The position numbers were made by a program, and so were the translations under genes. From Bdellovibrionota bacterium (GTDB lineage Bacteria > Bdellovibrionota_G > JALEGL01 > DATDPG01), in contig OY764265.1 in NCBI GenBank assembly GCA_963668355.1, forward strand, positions 2,784,001 to 2,848,000: a DNA stretch of 64,000 bases, in the 5' to 3' direction. Shown piece by piece: positions 30,115 to 38,878 of the stretch (positions are counted from its first letter, which is position 1; every line of letters begins with the position of its first letter). The notes below the pieces were generated by a model that saw only the letters and a list, made by a program, of their open reading frames with translations, was not told the DNA's origin and searched no databases.

Positions 30115-30227
30115 GGTCGGGGCGTCCGCCGTCGCCTTTTAAAAAAGGCTATGGCGTGACAGGTAGAATCAACACGGTTTGTTCTGCCATATCAAACCAC
30201 GGCATAGTTCGGAGAACGTAGCCGGGT

Positions 30228-30235
<8 letters not shown>
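30115..30235. repeat. REP-doublet-like insert bounded by an 11-bp direct repeat of the tRNA-Pro 5' end
   Basis: GGTCGGGGCGT at 30115 and 30225; two related, oppositely oriented GC hairpins in between. Confidence 0.55.
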
Positions 30236-30304
<69 letters not shown>

Positions 30305-30309
30305 TTAGT

Positions 30310-30340
30310 AAAAGGCCTCCGCTTTTTGCGGGGGCCTTTT
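30310..30340 (+). terminator. Terminator after tRNA-Pro
   Basis: AAAAGGCCTCCGC-loop-GCGGGGCCTTTT. Confidence 0.8.
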
Positions 30341-30555
30341 GCTATTTGTAATGGGAATGGATTTGAACCAAAAGGAAAGCAAACTGCGCCACCTTCTCCC
30401 TCCCCTCACCCAGAAAAAGCCTCAAATCATGAACAACCAATCACGTGATTCAATACGAGCAGTTTGCGAATCGGGTTTTAGGGGTTCTTATGACGAAGGA
30501 ATTAGAACCCCTTATGTCAAAAATGATCTGGTTTGATGTCCAGATCGTTTTTGAC

Positions 30556-30576
30556 CAAATCCAGTCGCCCCGACCA
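30556..30576 (+). repeat. Copy 2 of tRNA-Pro 3' end, followed by its own terminator (about 30582-30620)
   Basis: CAAATCCAGTCGCCCCGACCA, identical to the tRNA end. Confidence 0.92.
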
Positions 30577-30720
30577 TAAACAAAAGCCTTCCACCATTTC
30601 GGGTGGGAGGCTTTTGCTTTTTGGCGGGGTGGTTTTACAACAACAAAATTGAGCCGGCACCGCGCGAAGCGTGGTGGCGAAATTTTCCCCCTGGGATTCT
30701 ACGCGACGCGAGTCGCGTGC

Positions 30721-30739
30721 AATCCAGTCGCCCCGACCA
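30721..30739 (+). repeat. Copy 3 of tRNA-Pro 3' end, followed by its own terminator (about 30741-30778)
   Basis: AATCCAGTCGCCCCGACCA. Confidence 0.92.
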
Positions 30740-30798
30740 TAAAAAAAAGCGGGAGACCTAGGCCTCCCGCTTTTTTTTCGAAATACTTATTTTTCGAT

Positions 30799-32160
30799 TT
30801 ATTGAAACAACGCCATTTCCATTGATTCCAATGGAACATGATGACGCCGACTATGGGTGACGATCCACTCTAATAAGGGCTCCCATGCGAGTTCCATCGC
30901 GTTATCTGCCGTCCATAAGTCAATATGTCCGAAATCAAGATAAGCTTCCTCTTCGGGATGAAGAGATACGATGAAGGAGGAAACGTCCTGACTCCCTACC
31001 AAAGTAGTGGAATAAAGACCGGCCTCACCTTCTCCTCCAGCAGCTCCCAAATAGAAAAGTGGAACTTCAATATCACTCAAGTGATCATCAAAAGGCAAAT
31101 CCACATCTCCGCAACCGAGCATGAAATACTCCGTCACAAATTTTGTGGGACCATAGGGTTTTGCATTTGCCATAAAATCCAACCATCCATCTACGCTCGT
31201 ATACTGCAAACCGGTAGGCAGAAAGTCTTCGTCAAACGTTCCCGCTAACAATTGTTTTCCAAACGAAGGATCTTGATACGAACCAAATCCAATCGCGGCT
31301 TGAAGGTTTGTAAAACCTTCCCAATCGGGATCGGGAGACATGCCATAAGGATCTTCTTGAGCCATCTGACCTAAGAAAATGAAATAGGCTCCGAAGGTAT
31401 CCTCGTACACACCTTGATCATAAAGGTCTTGATAAAACCAAGCATAATCACAGTAACCCGGTTGATATTCGGGCTCCATATGAATGACGCCGTCGGCAAC
31501 AATGAAACCTTTTACGTTGCGTTTCCAGGAAGGAAGTTGCGCCTCTTGGGCCAGATATGCATAGGCCGTAGGCACCCCACTGCTATAACCCAATAAATTC
31601 ATTTTGCCGATGCCACTTCCTGTTAAGAGTCGGGTGAGTCTGGCGACTTCCAACCCCGTCTTCAAACTGTCAATGGCGTACTGCAAACCCCAATCGGCCA
31701 TAAAAGAAAAGTCCGCCGTATCTTCGGGTACCTGCATCCACGGTTGGTCAATGCCCCAAACATCAACATTGTTTTGGGCCAAGAAAACCGCAACGCTTTG
31801 TTCTTCAGAAACTGCGTCGGTTCGAGAGCCATATAAAAACTTGGTCTCAAAAGAAATGGCATCTCCATGCAAAAAGAACACATTCTTTTTCATTTTTTTT
31901 GGCAGATAGGGAGCGCGTTCGCGCACAACGCGGTGAAGTTTAATAACATCGTGGGGACCATTGCCAACCGGGAATTCAAATGTGTAGTGAACCACATCGT
32001 CCACGAGAATTTCGCGAAAAGAACTCAAGAGGGCCGATGCTGCTTCCACCTTTTTCACACCAAAATCCGAACTCACTTTTTCGGTGGCAAAGACATTGGG
32101 AATGATGGCTAAGGCTGACAGACAAGCCAAAGCACACAAAGAACGTTTTATGTTTTTCAT
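30799..32160 (-). CDS. Secreted alpha/beta-hydrolase-fold protein
   Basis: Signal peptide, FFLHG, GYSSG nucleophile elbow, FGHID; AAGGAG SD. Confidence 0.75.
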   Translation of the reverse strand: MKNIKRSLCALACLSALAIIPNVFATEKVSSDFGVKKVEAASALLSSFREILVDDVVHYTFEFPVGNGPHDVIKLHRVVRERAPYLPKKMKKNVFFLHGDAISFETKFLYGSRTDAVSEEQSVAVFLAQNNVDVWGIDQPWMQVPEDTADFSFMADWGLQYAIDSLKTGLEVARLTRLLTGSGIGKMNLLGYSSGVPTAYAYLAQEAQLPSWKRNVKGFIVADGVIHMEPEYQPGYCDYAWFYQDLYDQGVYEDTFGAYFIFLGQMAQEDPYGMSPDPDWEGFTNLQAAIGFGSYQDPSFGKQLLAGTFDEDFLPTGLQYTSVDGWLDFMANAKPYGPTKFVTEYFMLGCGDVDLPFDDHLSDIEVPLFYLGAAGGEGEAGLYSTTLVGSQDVSSFIVSLHPEEEAYLDFGHIDLWTADNAMELAWEPLLEWIVTHSRRHHVPLESMEMALFQ

Positions 32161-32382
32161 AAAGGGAATACTCCTTTTTTGAGGGGTAAAAATCTGAACT
32201 TCCCGAAAGACTTTTTGTCGAGGAGAAATCCAGAAAATGGACTACTGTTTTGAATACTTCTTAGTTTCAACGGAGCGAATCCTCTCAAAAAACAAAGAAA
32301 CGACAAGAAAAACTTTACACTTTTTTCTACCAACACGCCCAGAGTGGGTTTAAGAGGGGTGAAAAAGCTTAAAAAGGCGTCT

Positions 32383-32688
32383 TTAAACCTCTACAAAAAT
32401 GTGATCGTTTTCCACCTTGGTGCGAAAGGACCTCACGGCTGCATCCGGAACCACAGGACTTTTTCCAGTCGTCACATCAAAGGGCCAACTATGCCACGGA
32501 CATTTCACCACCGAGCCCTTGAGCGTTCCTTCCGCCAAAGGCCCCCCCTGATGACAACAGGCATTCTCAATGGCGAAGATCTCTCCATTGATATTAAAGA
32601 GAGCAATTGTTTCGCCTTTTAGATTCACAGCGCGACTCGAGCCCACCGGAAGCTCAGAAGCCGAAAGTGCTTTTAAAAATTCTGACAT
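32383..32688 (-). CDS. Rieske [2Fe-2S] ferredoxin
   Basis: CCHQGGPL and CPWH ligand motifs. Confidence 0.92.
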   Translation of the reverse strand: MSEFLKALSASELPVGSSRAVNLKGETIALFNINGEIFAIENACCHQGGPLAEGTLKGSVVKCPWHSWPFDVTTGKSPVVPDAAVRSFRTKVENDHIFVEV

Positions 32689-32700
32689 TGTCTTGGTCCC

Positions 32701-33870
32701 TTACCTTTCTCGCAAAGCCGAGACAGCTTGCGCTAGAATCTCAAACGCCTGAAGGATCTCTTCTAGAGTCGTAGTTTTCCCCAAGCCCAACCGAATGGAG
32801 CTTAACGCTGAGTCGGCTGAGAGCCCCATAGCTTTCAACACATGAGAAGGCTCTTCCGTTACGCCATGACAACTGGATCCCACAGAAAAAGCCAGATCTT
32901 CGGACACCATCTCCAAAAGATGGGTTCCTTTCAAACCTTCAAAACTCAGGTGTAAATTATTGCAGAGTCTTTCTTCTGGATGACCATTCACGCAAACCCC
33001 ATCGAGTTTGCTTTTGAGGTTTTTTTCCAAGCCATCCCTCAAACTTTTCATTCGCTCGGCATCCTCTTTCCACTCCAACGTTAAAAGGCGACAAGCTTCT
33101 CCCAAACCAACAATTCCCGGAACGTTGAGGGTTCCCGAGCGCAAGCCACGTTCTTGCCCTCCCCCCAAAATTTGAGGCATAAGGCGCACACGAGGATTCG
33201 TCTTTCTTACATAGATCGCGCCAACTCCCTTGGGACCATATATTTTATGCGCCGAAAGCGAGAGGAGATCAATTCCACATTCGTTCACCGAAAGATTCAT
33301 CCGCCCCAATGCTTGAGCCGCATCCACATGGAAAAGAATTTCTTTGGATTTACACATTCGACCCACTTCGGCCAAGGGATGAAGGGTTCCCACCTCATTA
33401 TTTGCGGCCATCAAGGAAATCAAGATTGTGTCGTCTCGAATGGCGTTTTCTACATCGTTTATGCGAACACGCCCCCACTCATCGACATCCAAAAGCGAAA
33501 CTTCGAAGCCTTCACGTTCCAATCGTTTTAAAGGTTCCAAAACAGCCGAATGCTCGGTTTTGGAGGAGATGATGTGTTTACCGCGATCCGCGTACGCTTC
33601 GGCGGCTCCCCTAAGAGCGAGATGATTCGATTCCGTGGCCCCTGCTGTGAAAACGATCTCCTTGGCCGCAGCTCCGAGCAATCTCGCAACACATGCCCTT
33701 GCTTCTTCAATCGCCTTGGCCGCGATCCTTCCATACATGTATTGACGACTTCCCGGATTCCCAAAATGTTCCCGAAAAAAGGGAAGCATTTTCTGGACAA
33801 CGCGATCATCGCATGGCGTGGTCGCGTGGAAATCTAAATAGATGGGGAAGGATCTACGCGTTGGACCCAT
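32701..33870 (-). CDS. iscS: Cysteine desulfurase (IscS/NifS type)
   Basis: IYLD.HATTP, GATES, NNEVG, SAHKIYGPKG, GSSC; start overlaps end of MerR gene. Confidence 0.9.
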   Translation of the reverse strand: MGPTRRSFPIYLDFHATTPCDDRVVQKMLPFFREHFGNPGSRQYMYGRIAAKAIEEARACVARLLGAAAKEIVFTAGATESNHLALRGAAEAYADRGKHIISSKTEHSAVLEPLKRLEREGFEVSLLDVDEWGRVRINDVENAIRDDTILISLMAANNEVGTLHPLAEVGRMCKSKEILFHVDAAQALGRMNLSVNECGIDLLSLSAHKIYGPKGVGAIYVRKTNPRVRLMPQILGGGQERGLRSGTLNVPGIVGLGEACRLLTLEWKEDAERMKSLRDGLEKNLKSKLDGVCVNGHPEERLCNNLHLSFEGLKGTHLLEMVSEDLAFSVGSSCHGVTEEPSHVLKAMGLSADSALSSIRLGLGKTTTLEEILQAFEILAQAVSALRER

Positions 33871-34246
33871 TTGAGCTCTCCAATGAGTCCAGAATTCCTT
33901 GAAGTTCATTTCGCACGTCCTTTAGTGCTTGTTTAAACTTTCTGGAATCCTCATCTGAGGCTTTCAGTTCCAACGGCAATTGATTCGAGACGGGCTTTTG
34001 CTTCTTTCTTTCTCGCAACTTTTTCTTGGCGCCCGCAATTGTAAACTTCTCATCGTAGAGAAGACCTTTGATTCGCTTGATCAGCTCGATGTCTTTCTTC
34101 TGATACAAGCGTTGATGGTTTTTCGACTTTGTGAGTCGGATATTGAATTCACCCTCCCAATATCGAAGAACGTAGGGCTCGAGTGAGGTCATTTCGGCGA
34201 CCTCCCCGATCTTGTAAAACATCTTTTCGTAAACGTCAGTTTTCAC
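33854..34246 (-). CDS. MerR-family transcriptional regulator
   Basis: FYKIGEVA...VLRYWE.EF, FTIAGAKKKL; usual position after pheT. Confidence 0.92.
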   Translation of the reverse strand: MKTDVYEKMFYKIGEVAEMTSLEPYVLRYWEGEFNIRLTKSKNHQRLYQKKDIELIKRIKGLLYDEKFTIAGAKKKLRERKKQKPVSNQLPLELKASDEDSRKFKQALKDVRNELQGILDSLESSNGSNA

Positions 34247-34332
34247 AGTAATTTTAAGAGCTTAAAAATTAATAGCGAGAGCCTACTTCAAGCCCCTACA
34301 ACGTGTCAAGCGAATGGAAAACCCAAAACCTT

Positions 34333-36708
34333 TTAGGAACGAAGTTCTACGCCGAGGGTTTTTTGGAGATGTTTGAGAACGTTAGCTACGCTTTCGTCCA
34401 CCTCGGAATCGGTCAAGGTTCTTTCCGTCGAAGAGAAAACAAGGCTGTAAGCCAAGCTCACAAAGCCCTTCTTCACGCCCTTGCCTTCATACAAATCAAA
34501 GAGCTCCACCTGACTGAGCAAGGGATCTTTCACTTTCTTGATCTCTTTCAAAATGCTTTCGGCCGTCTGCCCTTTGGAGGCCAGAAACGCCAGATCCCTG
34601 CGCATGACTGGAAACTGAGAAATCGGTTTAAATTTAGTAACTTGAGGTCTTGCTTCAAGAATTCTTTTCAAGTCAATTTCGCACACCACACAAGGACCCG
34701 ATTCCAATTCTTTTTCCAATCGAGGATGCACACTTCCCACACATCCCACCTTTTGATTTCGCCAATACACCGAAGCAGATTTTCCAGGGTGAAGAAAATC
34801 GGGCAAGTCCTTCGGTTCAAAAACCAGAGGTCCCCACCCCAATCTTTCCGCCAAAATTTCCAAAGCTCCCTTGGCATCAAAGAAGTCCGCATCTCTTCGA
34901 CTTCGATACCATTGGCTCGACTCAATCTCTCCTGCAAACAACATGGCCAAGCGGGAAGTTTCTTGCGCCGGCGTGGCAGATTTTTCCTCGGCCTTCGAAA
35001 AAACACTTCCAAGCTCATACATCCCCAACCCCAACACCTGTCTTCTGGAATTATTTTTCCAAACCTCCAACAGATTTGGCAGAAGGGATTGGCGCATGAA
35101 CGCCATTTCCTGCGTTAAAGGGTTTTTTAAGGGAATCTCCGAACCTTTTTCCTGGGTTCGAAATCGCTCTAATGACGTTACATCCGAAAAACTATGCGTC
35201 CGGGCTTCCTGAAGGCCCACATTCCGCAGAACATCTCGAATCCGGTCCAATTGATCGTAAGGGGTGTCAAAGAGTTGGGTTTCAGCATTGGGAGGAAGCT
35301 CGACTTTGAATTCACCGTATCCATGAATCCGCGCGACCTCCTCGACCAAGTCGATCTCTCGCTCGATGTCCGAGCGTCGAAGCGGAACCTCAATCGACCA
35401 CCCCCCTTCGGACTTCACAATGGAAAAGCCTAATCTCGCAAGGTACTCCCCAGCATCTTTGATCTCTTCCCCTAAGATCCGCTGGATTGTTTTTTGCTGA
35501 AGCTGGAGCTTCTTAGAGGTTGGAAGCTCCCCTTTCAGATCCACGCCTGAAATGATCTTTCCTCCAGCCAAATTGGCAAACAATTGGGCAGACCTCGTCG
35601 AAGCATCCCAGGCTCCGCTGGGATCAACAAATCTCTCAAAGCGATGAGAAGACTCCGTATGAAGCCCCAAGCGCCGCGCCGTCAAACGAACCAAACGCGG
35701 ATTGAAATGGGCGCTTTCCAACAAAATGGACGTGGTTTGGGGTGTTACGGCCGTTCGTTTCCCGCCCATCACTCCGGCCAGAGCTATGACGCCCTTTTCA
35801 TCGGCAATCACCAAATCCTCTGCCGTAAGTGACCGTTCCACATCATCCAAACAAAGTAAGGTTTCGCCTTCTTTCGCTCGCCGCACCTCAATCGTCCCCA
35901 CGACTTTGGCTTTGTCAAAGGCATGCTGCGGTTGCCCCCACTCCAACATGACGTAGTTCGTAATATCCACACCGTTGTTGATTGCTCGAACGCCGGAAGC
36001 TTCCAAACGCGTCCGAATCCAAGCTGGAGAGGCTTTGACTTCGATGCCTTCAACATGTCTCAATACATAACGGGGACATCCTTTTCGATCCTGTACAACT
36101 GCTTTGATATTTCCGTCCGGCTGTCCAGATCCGCCTCCCGAAGGAAGCTTGGGAGACACATTCAGGGAGGCCGCCACCTCTCGCGCCACACCAATCAGAC
36201 TCAGACAATCCCCTCGATTTGGAGTCAAATCCAATTCCAGAAGCCAATCATTTCGCCCCAGGACATCGGCCAAAGGTAGACCCAATTCCGTATCTTCGGG
36301 AAGAAGAATGATTCCATCAGAATCTTCCGAAAGCCCCAACTCAGCTTCCGAGCAGAGCATCCCCTCGGAAACCTCTCCGCGAATCTTGGATTTTTTCAGA
36401 TGCAAACCATTGGGAAGCTTGGCACCAATTTGCCCTAGCGCGACGACATCCCCAGCTTTCATGTTCTTCGCACCACAGACGATGGCATAGTCATTCGTGC
36501 CATCGGTCACCGCACATAAAGAGAGGCGGTCAGCCCCTGGATGCGGACGCATTTCTTTGATCTTGGCCGTAACAACGTTTTCAAAGCCTTGCCCCAAAAA
36601 GGACAAAGCCCCCACTTCAATCCCCACGGAAGTCAGAGCTTCGGCCGCTTCTTGCGCCGTTGGCTGTTCTCCAAGAAGCTCATGCAACCAACTTAGGAGA
36701 ACATTCAT
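34333..36708 (-). CDS. pheT: Phenylalanyl-tRNA synthetase beta subunit
   Basis: VCGAKN, SEGMLCS, TPNRGDCLS, DLVEEVARI, RDLAF. Confidence 0.98.
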   Translation of the reverse strand: MNVLLSWLHELLGEQPTAQEAAEALTSVGIEVGALSFLGQGFENVVTAKIKEMRPHPGADRLSLCAVTDGTNDYAIVCGAKNMKAGDVVALGQIGAKLPNGLHLKKSKIRGEVSEGMLCSEAELGLSEDSDGIILLPEDTELGLPLADVLGRNDWLLELDLTPNRGDCLSLIGVAREVAASLNVSPKLPSGGGSGQPDGNIKAVVQDRKGCPRYVLRHVEGIEVKASPAWIRTRLEASGVRAINNGVDITNYVMLEWGQPQHAFDKAKVVGTIEVRRAKEGETLLCLDDVERSLTAEDLVIADEKGVIALAGVMGGKRTAVTPQTTSILLESAHFNPRLVRLTARRLGLHTESSHRFERFVDPSGAWDASTRSAQLFANLAGGKIISGVDLKGELPTSKKLQLQQKTIQRILGEEIKDAGEYLARLGFSIVKSEGGWSIEVPLRRSDIEREIDLVEEVARIHGYGEFKVELPPNAETQLFDTPYDQLDRIRDVLRNVGLQEARTHSFSDVTSLERFRTQEKGSEIPLKNPLTQEMAFMRQSLLPNLLEVWKNNSRRQVLGLGMYELGSVFSKAEEKSATPAQETSRLAMLFAGEIESSQWYRSRRDADFFDAKGALEILAERLGWGPLVFEPKDLPDFLHPGKSASVYWRNQKVGCVGSVHPRLEKELESGPCVVCEIDLKRILEARPQVTKFKPISQFPVMRRDLAFLASKGQTAESILKEIKKVKDPLLSQVELFDLYEGKGVKKGFVSLAYSLVFSSTERTLTDSEVDESVANVLKHLQKTLGVELRS

Positions 36709-37772
36709 CGCCCGGCTCCTTTAAATTGGTTTAAGAAACGAACATCGTTTTCATAGAAGCGATGAATGTTATCGATCCCATGAATCACCATTGCGATCCG
36801 TTCGATACCCATGCCAAAAGCAAATCCACTGATTTTCTCAGGATCGTAGGGATTCTCTTTTTCACCTTTCTTTTCCCAGGCAGGTGCTAAAGCTTCGAAC
36901 ACATTCGGATCCACCATTCCACAACCCAGAATCTCAATCCATCCCGTGTCTTTGCAAAGTCGGCAACCTTTGCCTTTGCAGGAGCCACATTCCATATCCA
37001 CTTCCGCACTGGGTTCAGTGAAGGGAAAGAAGCTTGGACGAAAACGGGTTCCGATCTTCGAGCCGAACATCATGTGAACAAAGGCCTCCAGCGTTCCCTT
37101 TAAATGGGCAAAAGAAACATTTGGCCCAACACAAAGACCTTCCACTTGATGAAACACGGGAGAATGGGTGGCATCAAAATCGTGTCGATAGACTCGACCT
37201 GGGATGATCACGTTCAAAGGAGGTTTTCTTTCCTCCATGGTACGAATCTGGACCGGAGACGTGTGGGTTCGCAACAAAAGATCGTTATCCAAAAAAAACG
37301 TATCCTGCATGTCGCGAGCCGGATGCTCCGCCGGAAAGTTAAGCGCTTCAAAATTATAGTAATCCGTCTCTATATCGGGACCCGTTTCCACGGAAAATCC
37401 CAGAGAGCGAAAGATCGAACATATTTTTCGTTCCGCCAGAGTCAGAGGATGAATGCCTCCGACAATCCTCTTTCGCCCAGGAAGCGTGACATCCAGCTTC
37501 TCTTTTTGAATCGCTTCGTTCTGCTGGGCGTTCTCCAACTCCGTCCATTTTTCTTCTAACTTAGACGTGATTCCGGACCGGAGCTCATTGAGTTTTTGAC
37601 CAAAAACCGGGCGCTCCTCGGCGGAGAGGTTTCCGATGGATTTGGAAGCCGCCGTCAGCTGACCCTTTTTCCCCAAAAAATCAATGCGAAGTTGATTCAG
37701 AGCTTCCAGCGTTTCTGCTTTTGGAAGCGCCGAATCAAAGAACTTCTTAATCTCTTTTAACGAGTCGCTCAC
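36705..37772 (-). CDS. pheS: Phenylalanyl-tRNA synthetase alpha subunit
   Basis: HPARDMQDTF, LRTHTSPVQ, FPFTEPS, GFAFGMGIER. Confidence 0.98.
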   Translation of the reverse strand: MSDSLKEIKKFFDSALPKAETLEALNQLRIDFLGKKGQLTAASKSIGNLSAEERPVFGQKLNELRSGITSKLEEKWTELENAQQNEAIQKEKLDVTLPGRKRIVGGIHPLTLAERKICSIFRSLGFSVETGPDIETDYYNFEALNFPAEHPARDMQDTFFLDNDLLLRTHTSPVQIRTMEERKPPLNVIIPGRVYRHDFDATHSPVFHQVEGLCVGPNVSFAHLKGTLEAFVHMMFGSKIGTRFRPSFFPFTEPSAEVDMECGSCKGKGCRLCKDTGWIEILGCGMVDPNVFEALAPAWEKKGEKENPYDPEKISGFAFGMGIERIAMVIHGIDNIHRFYENDVRFLNQFKGAGR

Positions 37773-38122
37773 CCTGCTGATTTTGCTACAGAGACAATCT
37801 TTTCAAACGCTTTAGGATCTGTGACGGCTAAGTGGGCCAACATTTTTCGATCCACTTCCACCTCAGCCAATTTCAGCCCTTGAATCAAGCGACTATAAGT
37901 CGTGCCTTGCAATCGTGCTGCAGCATTGATGCGTTGAATCCACAAGCGACGAAAATCTCTTTTACGTCTTTTTCGCCCGACATACGCATATTGATTCGCG
38001 TGATCAACGGCTGCCGTTGCAATCGTGAAACAGTTTTTTCGTCGACCATAAAACCCTTCGGCTCGGTCCATAATTCGTTTGCGTCGACGTCTTGCCTTCG
38101 TGCCTCTTTTTACTCGTGCCAT
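37769..38122 (-). CDS. rplT: 50S ribosomal protein L20
   Basis: MARVKRG, KRDFRRLWIQRINAA, DRKMLA. Confidence 0.98.
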   Translation of the reverse strand: MARVKRGTKARRRRKRIMDRAEGFYGRRKNCFTIATAAVDHANQYAYVGRKRRKRDFRRLWIQRINAAARLQGTTYSRLIQGLKLAEVEVDRKMLAHLAVTDPKAFEKIVSVAKSAG

Positions 38123-38140
38123 TGCTCTACTTCCTTTCCT

Positions 38141-38338
38141 CTAGCCGTAAGGCAACATATCCCTAACTTTGTTTACATCTGCCGTTTCAATAAAACCCGG
38201 CATTCTTTTTTGTCGTTTGCTCTTTCGCGTACGACCCGTAAGGATGTGGCGAAGTCCCTGCAATTTGAATCGAATTTTTCCAGACTTCTTCACTTTAAAT
38301 CGTTTTGCAGCTGATTTGTTTGTTTTCATCTTTGGCAT
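38141..38338 (-). CDS. rpmI: 50S ribosomal protein L35
   Basis: MPKMKTNKSAAKRFK. Confidence 0.98.
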   Translation of the reverse strand: MPKMKTNKSAAKRFKVKKSGKIRFKLQGLRHILTGRTRKSKRQKRMPGFIETADVNKVRDMLPYG

Positions 38339-38353
38339 AACTACCTCTGTTTT

Positions 38354-38878
38354 CTATCGACCACGGGGAGCCAATACCATCGTCATGCTACGACCTTCCA
38401 ACTTCGGTTGTTGTTCGATCACAGCATTTTCTCCCAATGCTTCGACAATGCGTTCCAACATGCTTTGTCCCAGGTCCGTATGGGCCATCTCCCGACCCCG
38501 AAACCGAATCGTAACCTTGGCTTTGTTTCCTTCTTCTAAGAAGCGGACGAGATGTTTGACCTTAAAGTCAAAATCATGAGAGTCCGTTCCTGGACGAAGC
38601 TTAATTTCTTTCACCAAAATAACGTTTTGGTTTTTTCTCGCTTCCTGGGATTTCTTTTTCTGTTGGTATTTGAATTTCCCAAAATCCATGATTTTGCAGA
38701 CAGGAGGCCGAGCGGTAGGCGAGATCTCAATGAGATCAAGATTGTATTCTTCCTGTGCAATGCGGAGGGCTTCTCGTGTTTCCAAAATGCCCAATTGTTT
38801 TCCCTCTGGGTCGATGACCCGAATTCGTGGAACACGGATACGTTCATTCACCCGTAACGGCGCTGGTCTACCTTTCAC
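38354..38878 (-). CDS. infC: Translation initiation factor IF-3
   Basis: NERIR, PPVCKIMDFGKFKY, FRGRE. Confidence 0.97.
   Translation of the reverse strand: MKGRPAPLRVNERIRVPRIRVIDPEGKQLGILETREALRIAQEEYNLDLIEISPTARPPVCKIMDFGKFKYQQKKKSQEARKNQNVILVKEIKLRPGTDSHDFDFKVKHLVRFLEEGNKAKVTIRFRGREMAHTDLGQSMLERIVEALGENAVIEQQPKLEGRSMTMVLAPRGR

Noticed and set aside
30305..32340. Prophage or integrative element at tRNA-Pro
   Set aside because: No integrase or phage genes; att-like copies are under 300 bp apart
34303..35118. 271-aa plus-strand ORF, and similar long antisense ORFs elsewhere
   Set aside because: Shadow frames opposite conserved genes, with no motifs or SD
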